A stretch of DNA of 64,000 nucleotides, taken from NCBI GenBank assembly GCA_965197585.1, contig OZ240215.1, positions 1,472,001 through 1,536,000 on the forward strand. The letters run 5' to 3'. Both the position numbers and the translations under genes were made by a program. Positions 10,776-21,639 of this stretch are shown here, piece by piece. This DNA is from Dehalococcoidia bacterium (GTDB taxonomy: Bacteria; Chloroflexota; Dehalococcoidia; Plut-88900). Within the stretch, counting starts at the first letter, position 1. Each line of letters begins with the position of its first letter. The notes beneath the pieces were generated by a model. The model had not been told where the DNA came from. It saw only the letters and a program-made list of their open reading frames with translations, and did no database searches.

Positions 10776-11198
10776 ATGACACAAGTTGGCATTAACACTA
10801 TCAGGGTCCTTGTAGCCAAGCCGGGCCTCGACGGACACGACAGGGGTGCAAAGGTGATCGCCCGAGCCCTTCGGGACGCGGGTATGGAGGTCATCTATAC
10901 CGGCATCCGTCAGACCCCCGAGATGATCGCCGAGGCCTCTCTCCAGGAAGACGTGGACGTCGTCGCCATCAGTATCCTCAGTGGCGCACATATGGAACTC
11001 TTGCCCCTCATCATCAGCGAAATGAAAGACCGAGGCATTGATGATCGGCTGGTACTCGCCGGCGGCATCATCCCCGAAGACGACATCGCTCCTCTCAAGG
11101 AGTTGGGAGTTGGAGAGGTATTTGGCCCCGGCACTTCCACCACCGACATCATCGACTACATCAAGAATCATCAGGCCGAGGCTTCAAATCAGGCCTAG
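10776..11198 (+). CDS. Cobalamin-binding small subunit of acyl-CoA mutase
   Basis: [18 protein letters not shown] (DxHxxG), SILSGAH, GGIIP, FGPGT. Confidence 0.93.
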   Translation: MTQVGINTIRVLVAKPGLDGHDRGAKVIARALRDAGMEVIYTGIRQTPEMIAEASLQEDVDVVAISILSGAHMELLPLIISEMKDRGIDDRLVLAGGIIPEDDIAPLKELGVGEVFGPGTSTTDIIDYIKNHQAEASNQA

Positions 11199-11236
11199 TT
11201 ATCCCGCCCTTCACCTCTTTCCGGGACCAGACGCCC

Positions 11237-12058
11237 ATGCCTGATGCCGCTTCCACCCGAGACCCACTCACCACCCGCATCCTGGAGGCTCTCCAAGAGT
11301 TGGGCCGTCCCATTGATGAACTGACGTACCGGGACCTTATTCCCGTGAGCGAGCTCCACAACCGTGGAAAGCAGGCCACCATAGACCTTGCCCGGCTGGC
11401 TGAAATCCAGCCCGAGCAGCACGTCCTCGACGTAGGCTGCGGTATCGGTGGCCCAGCCAGGACACTCTCAGTCGAGTTCGGGTGCTGGATCACGGGGATC
11501 GATATCTCAGACGAATTCTGCTCTGCCGCCCAGTCCCTCAACGAGCTGGTCGGCCTCTCCGACAAAATCTCCATCCGCACCGCCGACGCCCTCTCCCTCC
11601 CCTTTGAAGACGAGTCCTTCGATATCGTCTGGACCCAGCATGCTTCCATGAACATAGCCGACAAGCAGGCCCTCTTCACCGAAATGCACCGTGTCCTTCG
11701 GCCCGGCGGCAAACTCACCCTTCACGATGTCATGGCAGGCCCCGTGCAGCCCGTACACTTCCCCGTCCCCTGGGCCCCCGACCCTTCCGTAAGCTTTCTG
11801 GCCGACCCGGAGGAAGCCCGAACTCTTATCCTAGCCACCGGTTTTGAAGAGCTCACCTGGCAGGATCAGACCCAACTCACCGAGGACTGGTGGCAAAATG
11901 TCCGAGAGCGCGCTTCCGGAAAGCCCCCCTCCCCCCTGAACCCCGGCCTCGTCATGGGGTCGCAATTTCCTAAGATGGCGCATAATATGTATCGCAACAT
12001 CCGGGAGCACAGGGTGGCAGTAGTGCAGGCCATTTTTCGGAAGCTCCCGACCCCATAA
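11237..12058 (+). CDS. Class I SAM-dependent methyltransferase (sarcosine/dimethylglycine N-methyltransferase-like)
   Basis: VLDVGCGIGGPAR, LPFEDESFD, RVLRPGG. Confidence 0.85.
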   Translation: MPDAASTRDPLTTRILEALQELGRPIDELTYRDLIPVSELHNRGKQATIDLARLAEIQPEQHVLDVGCGIGGPARTLSVEFGCWITGIDISDEFCSAAQSLNELVGLSDKISIRTADALSLPFEDESFDIVWTQHASMNIADKQALFTEMHRVLRPGGKLTLHDVMAGPVQPVHFPVPWAPDPSVSFLADPEEARTLILATGFEELTWQDQTQLTEDWWQNVRERASGKPPSPLNPGLVMGSQFPKMAHNMYRNIREHRVAVVQAIFRKLPTP

Positions 12059-12095
12059 AGTCCCTGGTATCGAGGAGAATCGGAGAGGACGGCAT

Positions 12096-12950
12096 ATGCA
12101 GATTGGAGCCCACGTTTCCACCGCAGGCGGCATAGACAAGGCCATAGGCAATGCCCAGAAGATCGGGGCGGAGTGTGTTCAGATCTTCGCCTCGGCGCCC
12201 CAGAGTTGGCGATACAAACACCCGACCCCCGAGACCATCTCATCCTTCAAGGACAAGGCCAAAGACGCCGCTATTGGCTCTATCTTTTTCCACGGCGTAT
12301 ACCTTATAAACCTCGGCACCGAAAAAGAAGAGAATATGGGCAAGGCCGTCGACTCACTCGTCGGTCACATGTCCCTCGCCTCCGAAATCGATGCTGCGGG
12401 CGTAATCTTTCACCTCGGCAGCCACAAGGGCCGAGGCTTCGAAAACGTCCTTCCTCAAGTACTGTCCTCCATGTCCCGCGTCTTGGCTGACACCCCCGAA
12501 GACACCTGGCTCATCATCGAAAACGCCGCTGGCATGGGCAACCACATAGGCGCGGGCTTCGGCGAGATCGGGCAGGTTGTAAAGGGTTTGTCCGATGACC
12601 GGGTAAAGGTCTGTCTCGACACTGCCCACACCTTCGCCGCCGGTTACAACATCGCCGACCCCGCAGGCATTGAGGAAGCGATGAACGAGTTTGACTACGA
12701 GGTCGGTGTGGATAAGCTCGTAGCCGTTCATGCCAACGACTCGAAGATCCCACTCGGGGGCGGCGTGGACCGCCACGAGAACATCGGCGAAGGATACATA
12801 GGTCACGAGGGCTTTGAGGTTATCATGGCCCACCCTGCATTCAGGGACGTCCCATTCCTGCTGGAAGTGCCCGGGTTCGAAAAGAAGGGCCCCGACCAGC
12901 GCAACATCGAAATTCTTCAGTCTATCCGGGACTCCAACTCCAGCGCATGA
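12096..12950 (+). CDS. nfo: Endonuclease IV (AP endonuclease)
   Basis: IGAHVSTAGG, HGVYLINL, FHLGSH, ENAAG, CLDTAHTFAAGY, HANDSK, DRHENIGEG. Confidence 0.95.
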   Translation: MQIGAHVSTAGGIDKAIGNAQKIGAECVQIFASAPQSWRYKHPTPETISSFKDKAKDAAIGSIFFHGVYLINLGTEKEENMGKAVDSLVGHMSLASEIDAAGVIFHLGSHKGRGFENVLPQVLSSMSRVLADTPEDTWLIIENAAGMGNHIGAGFGEIGQVVKGLSDDRVKVCLDTAHTFAAGYNIADPAGIEEAMNEFDYEVGVDKLVAVHANDSKIPLGGGVDRHENIGEGYIGHEGFEVIMAHPAFRDVPFLLEVPGFEKKGPDQRNIEILQSIRDSNSSA

Positions 12951-13945
12951 TCCAAAAGACCGCCCTGCTCTTACTTGTTCTCGCCACACTCAGCCTCTTG
13001 GCCTTGGCCTGCGGCCCGGGAAGAGATGAGATCATGGTCTTCACCTCTGAGGACGAAACGCGCCACGTCCACCTGCGCGAAGGCGACGATAACCCCGAAG
13101 CCCTGACTAACGGCCCCTCCCAGAACCACTCCCCGCGCCTTTCTCCCGACGGTGAACTCATTGCCTTCGTCTCCGACAGAGAAGGCAAATCCGACATATA
13201 CGTCATGACTAGGTCGGGAGAGAACATCATCCTGATTTCGGACGGGGAAGGCACGGCTTCCCACCCCCGCTGGTCACCCGACGGTCGGCAGATCGCTTTC
13301 CTTCTCGAGGCTGAAGACGCCAACACCCAAGTCTTTTTGTCCAACGTCGAAGACCCGCAGGCTCATCGGCTCACCGTCGGAGACTTCACCGAAGGGCCAC
13401 CGGCCTGGTCTCCCGACGGCAGGTGGATCGCCTTCTCTCTCTCCGACAGCGACGGCGAGGGACTGGGGATAGTTCTCCGCAACCCCGGCGGAGTCAACCA
13501 GATAACCCTCACCGACGGCCCCGACTTCAATCCGTCATGGTCCCCGGAATCCAACAGCATCGTTTTTCAATCTTCCCGGAACGACGTCCCGGACATATAC
13601 GTCATCGATGTTCTGGAAGACTTCACCGGGCAGCCCCGGAGAATCACTACCAATTCCGAGCCCGACTACAACCCGATCTGGTCGCCCGACGGCGACCGCA
13701 TAGCTTTCATATCCGATCGGGACGATAACCCGGAAATCTATGTAATGTCGACCGACGGCACCGTCCTTCAGCGTCTCACCAACAATCGGTCCGTCGAGTC
13801 AGAAATTGTCTGGTCGCCCAAAGGCCAGCTAGCCTTCGTGTCCTATCTGCACGACAACGCCGACATCTTCATCATGGACTCCGACGGCACAGCCCAAGCC
13901 CAGGTCACCAGCGCCTCCGGCCCCGACACCCAACCCCACTGGTAA
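12947..13945 (+). CDS. TolB-like/PD40 beta-propeller lipoprotein
   Basis: Lipobox LALAC; repeated PxWSPDGxxIAFxS units. Confidence 0.85.
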   Translation: MIQKTALLLLVLATLSLLALACGPGRDEIMVFTSEDETRHVHLREGDDNPEALTNGPSQNHSPRLSPDGELIAFVSDREGKSDIYVMTRSGENIILISDGEGTASHPRWSPDGRQIAFLLEAEDANTQVFLSNVEDPQAHRLTVGDFTEGPPAWSPDGRWIAFSLSDSDGEGLGIVLRNPGGVNQITLTDGPDFNPSWSPESNSIVFQSSRNDVPDIYVIDVLEDFTGQPRRITTNSEPDYNPIWSPDGDRIAFISDRDDNPEIYVMSTDGTVLQRLTNNRSVESEIVWSPKGQLAFVSYLHDNADIFIMDSDGTAQAQVTSASGPDTQPHW

Positions 13946-13977
13946 CCCAACCCCATCGGTAACCCGATCCCATCCCC

Positions 13978-14003
13978 CGTAGGGGCGATTCGCGAATCGC
14001 CCA
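13978..14003 (+). repeat. GTAG-type REP palindrome
   Basis: cGTAGgggcgattcgcgaatcgccc; related copy cGTAGaggcgaccggctggtcgccc near 25526-25550. Confidence 0.6.
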
Positions 14004-14116
14004 CAGGCTCAGGACGCTAACCAACCTTCAAACACGCGAACGTCCGACTCACTACCCACCCCACAGCCACCCCACCCCCCATTAACTATGTCATCCCGAG
14101 GCCCCGTAGCAGGAAC

Positions 14117-15252
<1,136 letters not shown>

Positions 15253-15322
15253 GGCATTCCTCCACCACCCTGCCCCTTCCGTGCAAGATCAGATGCTCGC
15301 CGTCTGCTCCCTCTCCCCACTC

Positions 15323-16489
15323 CTACAAGAACCCGTACAAGAGCCCCGCGTTCTCGCACACCACCTTGCGCCGCACCCTAGGGTCCCGCACCCGACCCAA
15401 ATTCTTCTCGATGGTCTCCATGGAGTCGGGCCACACGCTGTCCGGGTGCGGGTAGTCCGACCCCCACATCACGTTGTCCTCCCCTATCTTGTCGATGAGG
15501 TCGGCCACCAGGTCTTCGTCCTGGTAGGTTGTGTGTCCCTGCCGGCGCCAGTATTCAACGGGACTCGCCTCCAGACCTGGGAACCCCGTGCATTCGTGGT
15601 CGAGCCTGTCCAGCATGAACGGTACCCAGGCTGCCCCACACTCCCCCAGCACGAACTTAAATCCCGGAAACCTCTTACAAGCCCCCGACAAGAGTATGGA
15701 AGTCAAAAACTCGGCCCCGAACAGAGGCGACAACACCATGTCCATCGTCCACCAGATTCGGTTGTATTTGGCAATGTCAGTGGCCTTTGGTTCTCTCGGG
15801 CCCCAATTCAGAAGGTGGAAGGATATTGGCATCTCGCATTCCTGCGCGGCTTCCCATAACGGGTCCCAGTCCTCGTAGTAGACCGGGACCCCCGCCCCGT
15901 GTACGTCCAACTCCGCTCCCCTTAGCCCCATCGACGCTGCCCGGCGAAGCTCGGCTGCCGCAGTTTCGGGGTCGTTGTTCGGCAGGCAAGCCAGCCCCGC
16001 AAGCCTCTCGGGCGAGGCCCGGCAGAAATCCGCCATCCAGTCGTTGTATATGCGAAATAGCTCGACCATCACGTCCGGGTTGGGTACCGTGACCCGGGTC
16101 CCACCCGGAAAGTTATAGCCCGCCATTAACCTCCCCCCGATGAAGGTGAGCCCGTAGATAACCTCCGCATCCACACCGTCCCTGTCCTGGTCCCCGATCC
16201 TCAGTTCCGGGTCGGTGGGTCGGGGTCGTCCCCGAGCCGCGTCTTCGTAGAACCCCGTCTCGGCGATTCGGTCTATCCTGGCCTCGTTCTCCGGTGTAAG
16301 CAGTGCCTTGGCCCGCCGCCCCGACACTGCGAGATACATCCCGTTAGCCCACCACTCGGGCCCTTCGCCCTTGTCCACCACCCTCGGCATCTGGTCTACA
16401 AGATGCGCCGATGCGTTTTCAACGAAAAGCTCGGGCGGCAAGTAAGCCAAATCCACGTGCCCATCCGAGGAAATTACCTCATACTTCAT
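15323..16489 (-). CDS. Amidohydrolase_2-family metal-dependent hydrolase/decarboxylase
   Basis: ISSDGHV, DQDRDGVDAEVIY, PISFH, ECGAAW, MWGSDYPHPD; start chosen by RBS spacing. Confidence 0.85.
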   Translation of the reverse strand: MKYEVISSDGHVDLAYLPPELFVENASAHLVDQMPRVVDKGEGPEWWANGMYLAVSGRRAKALLTPENEARIDRIAETGFYEDAARGRPRPTDPELRIGDQDRDGVDAEVIYGLTFIGGRLMAGYNFPGGTRVTVPNPDVMVELFRIYNDWMADFCRASPERLAGLACLPNNDPETAAAELRRAASMGLRGAELDVHGAGVPVYYEDWDPLWEAAQECEMPISFHLLNWGPREPKATDIAKYNRIWWTMDMVLSPLFGAEFLTSILLSGACKRFPGFKFVLGECGAAWVPFMLDRLDHECTGFPGLEASPVEYWRRQGHTTYQDEDLVADLIDKIGEDNVMWGSDYPHPDSVWPDSMETIEKNLGRVRDPRVRRKVVCENAGLLYGFL

Positions 16490-16522
16490 CCCCATATCTC
16501 CATTCCCAGCGCTGCTCCCTAT

Positions 16523-16562
16523 AATCCTCTCTCTCGATGGGAGAGGGCTAGGGTGAGAGTGA
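16523..16562 (+). repeat. CCCTCTCCC..GGGAGAGGG..AGGGTGAGGG intergenic palindromic repeat
   Basis: Near-identical copy at ~60834-60870; longer variants at ~44582-44636 and ~58556-58610. Confidence 0.7.
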
Positions 16563-16569
16563 AAGCCCC

Positions 16570-17574
16570 CTACCACGCAAAAGCCCTCTTCGGATTCTCG
16601 ACCGTAATCTGTCGAATCGTAGCTTCACTTACCCCCGCCTCTCGCAGCCACGGCAAGAACGTGCGCTGTATGTGCCCATAGTCCGGTGCATGGTCTTCTT
16701 CAGCCGTCGGCCCTGACTCAGGCGCCCTGCCAACTTCCTTCACGAACAGGTCATGGGACAACATGATCTGGTCCTGATACCCCAACCCAAGCAACCCCGA
16801 CACCATCGCTGAATTAGTCCTGTCCGACACCACAGTCTGGATGCCGATTGTGTCGAACGCTACGAAGCAGCCACGCTCCAATACCTCAACGATTTGCCCC
16901 ACGTTGGTAGTCTGCGAAACGTGCCCGATTATGCACCGTTTCGGGTCTGCCCCGGCCGCGACCAGCGTATCAATGTGCGCTAACCCCACATTTCCCGAGG
17001 GCCAGTCTGCCGAGTCCGTATGCGTGCCGATCGGTGTGCCCAGCTTTGCCTGTACGCGCGCCGCCGACTCCAGGACCCGACGGTCTCGATCAGATAGCAG
17101 TTCGTCCAGCGGTGCATTGGGTCCGATGGGCCGCTCATGGGGCTGCAGCCGCGTCCCGACCTTTATGATCCCGCACCTGACTCCTTCGTCCACCGCCCCC
17201 TCCTCAATTTCCCGCGTGAAGAAATCCTCTATCGCCTCTGTGCTCTGCGCTTCCCAGTAGGCGGGATAGCCCCAGGCCCCGAATATGCCCGTGCATGCCA
17301 CTATGTCCCACCCCGAGGCCCGGGACAGTTCCACCATCAGCCCCATGTCTCGGCCCAGATCGGCGGGCGCCCAGTCTACAAGACCCGATATCCCAAATTC
17401 CTCTCCAGCCGCCTTCAGTTGGGCTGCTCCTTCCTCGACGGCCTTCCCTCGGTCAAAGACCGACGCGGGGTCGGACGGAGCCCCGAGCAGATGAAAGAAA
17501 GTGTGCTCGTGGGGAAGAATGTGCCCCATCTCGGCCGGGTCTTTGTCGCCTAGAACGGTCCTGATTTTGGGCAT
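16570..17574 (-). CDS. Phosphotriesterase-family (PTE/PHP) protein, paralog B
   Basis: IRTVLG, HEH, IIKVG, THT, IIGH, FDTIG, LSHD, NPKR metal-ligand pattern. Confidence 0.88.
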   Translation of the reverse strand: MPKIRTVLGDKDPAEMGHILPHEHTFFHLLGAPSDPASVFDRGKAVEEGAAQLKAAGEEFGISGLVDWAPADLGRDMGLMVELSRASGWDIVACTGIFGAWGYPAYWEAQSTEAIEDFFTREIEEGAVDEGVRCGIIKVGTRLQPHERPIGPNAPLDELLSDRDRRVLESAARVQAKLGTPIGTHTDSADWPSGNVGLAHIDTLVAAGADPKRCIIGHVSQTTNVGQIVEVLERGCFVAFDTIGIQTVVSDRTNSAMVSGLLGLGYQDQIMLSHDLFVKEVGRAPESGPTAEEDHAPDYGHIQRTFLPWLREAGVSEATIRQITVENPKRAFAW

Positions 17575-17621
17575 CTCATATCTCCATCAAACTGCTGGCT
17601 GTAACATGGGAAGTCACGCGC

Positions 17622-18626
17622 TTACCATGCAAGCGCCCTCTTCGGATTCTCAACGGTCACCTGCCGGATCGCCTCCTCCGACACCCCCGCCTCTCGCAGC
17701 CACGGCACGAACACCCGTTGAATGTATCCATAGTCCGGCGCGTACTTCAGACCCGCATTCGGGCCGCTCTCCGGCACCCTACCGACCTCTTGTACATGCA
17801 GATCATGGGACAGCAGAATCTGCTTTTCGTATCCAAGCCCGATCAACCCGATCACCATCGCCGCCTTGGTACGGTCAGTCACCACAATCTCGATTCCTAT
17901 GGTGTCGAACGCCACGTAACATCCCTTCTCCAGGACCTCGACAACGTAGCCCAGGTTAGAGGTGTGGGAAGCGTGCCCTATGATACATTTCTCGGGGTTC
18001 GCCCCGGCGCCTGTCAGTGTTTCGATCTGCTCCAACCCTACGTTCCCCAGACGCCAGTCTCTTCTGTCGGTGTGCGTCGTGATCGGGACGCCGATTTTGC
18101 CCTGCACCCGAGCCGCTGCTTTCAATACCCTTCTGTCTTGATCAGAAAGAAGCCGTTCCCGACTAGACACTGGAGCCGCCGGCTTTTCGTGGGGCCGCAG
18201 CCGGGTCCCGATTTTTATAACTCCACACCTTACTCCCTCGTCAATTGCTCCCTCCTCGATTTCTCGGGTAAAGAACTCCTCAATCGCTGCATCGCTCTGA
18301 CCTTCCCAGTAGGCCGGATACCCCCACACGCCGAATATCCCCGTCGCCGCGACAATGTCCCACCCAGAGGCTCGTGACAGTCCCACCAGCAAGCCCATGT
18401 CCCGGCCAAGATCATAAGGCGCGCAGTCCACCAGCCCCGACACTCCCTGCTCGGCGTTCACGGCCCTCAGTTTGGCCGCTCCTTCCTCCACAGCCTTCTC
18501 CCGGTCGAATACCGAAGCGTGGTCGGACTCTGCCGCCAGGAGGTGGGGGAAGGTGTGCTCATGGGGAAGAATATGACCCATCTCCGCAGGGTCTTTGTCA
18601 CCTAGCACCGTTCTTATCTTGGCCAT
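17622..18626 (-). CDS. Phosphotriesterase-family (PTE/PHP) protein, paralog A
   Basis: Same motifs and same length (334 aa) as its neighbour; visibly high identity. Confidence 0.88.
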   Translation of the reverse strand: MAKIRTVLGDKDPAEMGHILPHEHTFPHLLAAESDHASVFDREKAVEEGAAKLRAVNAEQGVSGLVDCAPYDLGRDMGLLVGLSRASGWDIVAATGIFGVWGYPAYWEGQSDAAIEEFFTREIEEGAIDEGVRCGVIKIGTRLRPHEKPAAPVSSRERLLSDQDRRVLKAAARVQGKIGVPITTHTDRRDWRLGNVGLEQIETLTGAGANPEKCIIGHASHTSNLGYVVEVLEKGCYVAFDTIGIEIVVTDRTKAAMVIGLIGLGYEKQILLSHDLHVQEVGRVPESGPNAGLKYAPDYGYIQRVFVPWLREAGVSEEAIRQVTVENPKRALAW

Positions 18627-18751
18627 GTCAATTCTCCAGTTTCTCGCAGTTGTCGACTCCCTGCCCGATTATATCCCACACCCCACCCCACCTTTCCCCG
18701 ATTGACCAATCCCATTACACTAACTGCAATCCGAAACGGCGGGAGATTGCC

Positions 18752-19759
18752 ATGCCAGACACAGGAATCGTCGAAAGGTTAAGCACAGGCGAGCCCATGC
18801 TCATGGACGGAGGCACGGGCTCCGAGATTCAGCGAAGAGGAGCCAACGTCCTCATCGACGCCTCCGCCGACTCCGAAATCCTCGCATGGTCCGCCACCGC
18901 CAACGTTGAATACGCCGACGTTGTCCAGCAGGTCCACCAGGACTACCTGCGCGTCGGCGCCAACATTATTATCAGCAACAACTTCTGGGCCACCCGCAGC
19001 CGACTCGGCCTGATAGGTCTCAGCGAGCAGTGGGAGAAATACGCCCACGCCGCCGGCGAAAATGCCATCCGCGCCCGAGACGCCATCAACCCCAACGCCT
19101 ACGTCTTTGGTGGCATCGCCGCACCCTACACCCAGGACTACCGCAAACCCTACACCCAGTCCGACGTCAAGACCCTCGGCCCCGAGCGTTACGCCGAGGA
19201 GTTCACCGGCCCCGGCAAAGTCCTCGCCGACCTGGGCGTCGATGCCCTCCTCGCCGAATACGTCGGCTACATCGAGGATTGCGTTGCCGCCGTGGATGCC
19301 CTGGCTACCATCGGCCTTCCCGTATTCCTCGGCGTTCGCCACATCACGGAATACGGCTGGATGCAGTACGGCGAAACCTTAACCGATCTCGCCAAGGCCC
19401 TGGAAGGTCACCCCGTAGAAGGCATTCTCCTCATGTGCAGCCGCCCCGAGTGCATCTCCGTTGGCATAATCGGCCTAAGCCAGGCTTTTGATGGGGTGGT
19501 CGGGGCCTATGCAAATGTCGGGTACAACCCCATGGCGCCCGTCAGTGGACGCGTCCACAAGGGAGGCGACCTCCTTTCCGGCTACAGCCCTCTCCGCCTC
19601 GCCGACTTCGGGCAGGACTGGCTCGACATGGGTGCAAAGATAATCGGCGGCTGCTGCGCCACGGGCCCCGAGCACATCATTGCCCTGAACAACGTGATGC
19701 ACCCTTCCCCGCCCCTTGTCGCCGACCATGCCGGCTATCACGTCCAGGCGTTCAATTGA
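18752..19759 (+). CDS. Homocysteine S-methyltransferase family protein
   Basis: MDGGTGSEIQRRG, WSATAN, HQDYLRVGA, LMCS, GAYAN, IIGGCC Zn motif; ATG 18752 follows GGGAG. Confidence 0.85.
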   Translation: MPDTGIVERLSTGEPMLMDGGTGSEIQRRGANVLIDASADSEILAWSATANVEYADVVQQVHQDYLRVGANIIISNNFWATRSRLGLIGLSEQWEKYAHAAGENAIRARDAINPNAYVFGGIAAPYTQDYRKPYTQSDVKTLGPERYAEEFTGPGKVLADLGVDALLAEYVGYIEDCVAAVDALATIGLPVFLGVRHITEYGWMQYGETLTDLAKALEGHPVEGILLMCSRPECISVGIIGLSQAFDGVVGAYANVGYNPMAPVSGRVHKGGDLLSGYSPLRLADFGQDWLDMGAKIIGGCCATGPEHIIALNNVMHPSPPLVADHAGYHVQAFN

Positions 19760-19762
19760 CCC

Positions 19763-20143
19763 ATGCAGAGCGCTTCCCTCCCACCCGAGCCTCAGGCCAC
19801 CGCCCCCGACGGCTCGGCCATCCGCTTTCTGCTGAAAGGCAGCCGAGGAGAGCTCAACCACTTCACCCTGCCGCCTCACCAGACCTCTACCGCTGTCGTT
19901 CACCGCTCCATTGAGGAAATCTGGTACGTACTTGAAGGCCAAGGCCAAGTCTGGCGTCAAGAAGGTGACACGGTGGAGGTCTTGGACTTGCGTCCGGGCG
20001 TCAGCTTCGATATCCCCACCGGCGCCCGATTCCAGTTCCGCAACACCGGCCCCGAGCCCCTGTCCGTCCTCATAGCAACCATGCCCCCCTGGCCCGGAGA
20101 CACAGAAGCCACCCCCATCCCCGGCCCTTGGCCCTCTTCCTAA
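19763..20143 (+). CDS. Cupin-domain protein
   Basis: APDGSAIR, HRSIEEIWYVLEGQG, IPTGARFQFRN, MPPWPG. Confidence 0.82.
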   Translation: MQSASLPPEPQATAPDGSAIRFLLKGSRGELNHFTLPPHQTSTAVVHRSIEEIWYVLEGQGQVWRQEGDTVEVLDLRPGVSFDIPTGARFQFRNTGPEPLSVLIATMPPWPGDTEATPIPGPWPSS

Positions 20144-20206
20144 ATCCCCTCGCCCCTCTCCATCATCTCGCCGACCACCCTCCTTACTCCGTCATCCCGA
20201 TTGTCG

Positions 20207-20240
20207 TGTCATCCCGAGGCCCCGCGAGGGATCTAAAGCG
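20207..20240 (+). repeat. REP-like repeat family A (TGTCATYCCGAGGCYCCGCGAGGRATCT)
   Basis: Copies at 14089 (split by IS110), 20207, 21481/21508/21535, 22746 (expanded), 26750, 40645 (split by IS481), 44184, 58262, 60791. All intergenic and all on the + strand. Confidence 0.88.
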
Positions 20241-20301
20241 CTTGCCCACCACTCACCCTAACCGTATCCACTACTCATCCATTCAGGCGTGGGCCGAAAC
20301 G

Positions 20302-21444
20302 TCACCCCACCGGCACCCTCCACTTCTCAATCGTTTCCTCATCCAAGTCAATCCCGAACCCCGACCCCTCCGGCACGAGCATGTAGCCGTCCCGAATCTC
20401 AGGCTGCTTCACCGGCAGGTCGTACCACAACGGGTCCCGGTCGGGATCAAGAAAAATCTCAACCGCAATCCCGTGGGGCGCCGACGCCAGAAGATGCAGT
20501 GCAATTTGGGGTTCCTCGTGGTGCGCCATCCCGATACCAAAGGCCCGAGCCATCCCCGCGATTCTTCGCCACTCCGTCACGCCTCCGGCTATCGTCACAT
20601 CCACGTTAAGGATGTCCACTGCTCCCCGAGCCACCAGGTCCCGACACCCATGCCTCGATATCTCACCCTGCCCCGCATTCACGGGTATTCCCTCCCACCT
20701 GACCCGGGCGTTCCCCTCGATCTGATCATGCCACTGCACCGGCTCTTCCAGCCACGCCAGCCCGATATCCCTCGCTCCTCTTGCGAACCGCACCGCCTCC
20801 TCGACAGTCCAGGCCTGGTTCGCATCGACACTGAGCAAGAAGTCTTCACCCCCCACCCGCCGCGCCAGCTTGGTGCGCTCTAAATCCTCCTCTATCGACA
20901 GCTTCCCTACCTTCAGCTTGAGTCCAAGAACTCCCAAGCTCTTGTACGTCTCTATCTCCTCGACGAGACTCTGCATCGGGTCCCCGTCCCGGATATACCC
21001 GCCGATGGCGATAACCCTCACCTTGTCCTGAAACCCGCCCAGCAGCTTATACACCGGCTGTTCCAAAGCCTTCCCCAATGCATCCCACAGCGCATTGTCC
21101 GCTGCCGCAATCGCTTGAGTAACGACAGCGTGCTTACCCATGTTGATTACGTGCAGCCCTCGCCAGGCGAGGTCCACCGGCGCATCCCACATCCTCTCCC
21201 AGTGCCGTTCCACATCCCTCACGTCCTCCCCGACCAGCATCGGCGCAAAAACGTCATTCACAATCTGACAAATCTTGATGTCGTTCTCATCCTCATCCCC
21301 GCCGTAAGTCAGCCCCACCACCCCACCCTCCAACTCCACCCGCGTCACGATAGTATTCCTGCTAGAGATGTAGTACGTCCCCCCATGAAACGGCTCCCTC
21401 AGCCGCCTCACCAGTGGTATCGCCTCAATATGCTTGATCTTCAT
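20302..21444 (-). CDS. Mandelate racemase/muconate lactonizing enzyme family (enolase superfamily)
   Basis: DNALWDALGK, KLKVG, VDANQ, WLEEP, GQGE, GGVTEW. Confidence 0.88.
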   Translation of the reverse strand: MKIKHIEAIPLVRRLREPFHGGTYYISSRNTIVTRVELEGGVVGLTYGGDEDENDIKICQIVNDVFAPMLVGEDVRDVERHWERMWDAPVDLAWRGLHVINMGKHAVVTQAIAAADNALWDALGKALEQPVYKLLGGFQDKVRVIAIGGYIRDGDPMQSLVEEIETYKSLGVLGLKLKVGKLSIEEDLERTKLARRVGGEDFLLSVDANQAWTVEEAVRFARGARDIGLAWLEEPVQWHDQIEGNARVRWEGIPVNAGQGEISRHGCRDLVARGAVDILNVDVTIAGGVTEWRRIAGMARAFGIGMAHHEEPQIALHLLASAPHGIAVEIFLDPDRDPLWYDLPVKQPEIRDGYMLVPEGSGFGIDLDEETIEKWRVPVG

Positions 21445-21480
21445 CTACATCTTTCCCCTACGCGAACCACGCCTATGCCA

Positions 21481-21567
21481 TGTCATCCCGAATCCCCGTT
21501 CTCCATGCGTCATCCCGAGGCCCCGCTCTCCGTGTGTCATCCCGAGGCTCCGCGAGGGATCTAAGGC
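21481..21567 (+). repeat. Tandem triple of repeat family A (two partial, one full)
   Basis: gtcatcccga recurs three times at 27-bp spacing. Confidence 0.8.
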
Positions 21568-21639
21568 GTATCAACCGTCACTCTCATATTCCAAACAAGT
21601 CAACGTGTCCGGCTCGCTTAGACAGGCGAAGACCCACCC

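Noticed and set aside
21481-21567. Three repeats at 27-bp period resembling a mini CRISPR array
   Set aside because: Spacers are far too short, the units are degenerate copies of dispersed repeat A, and there are no cas genes.
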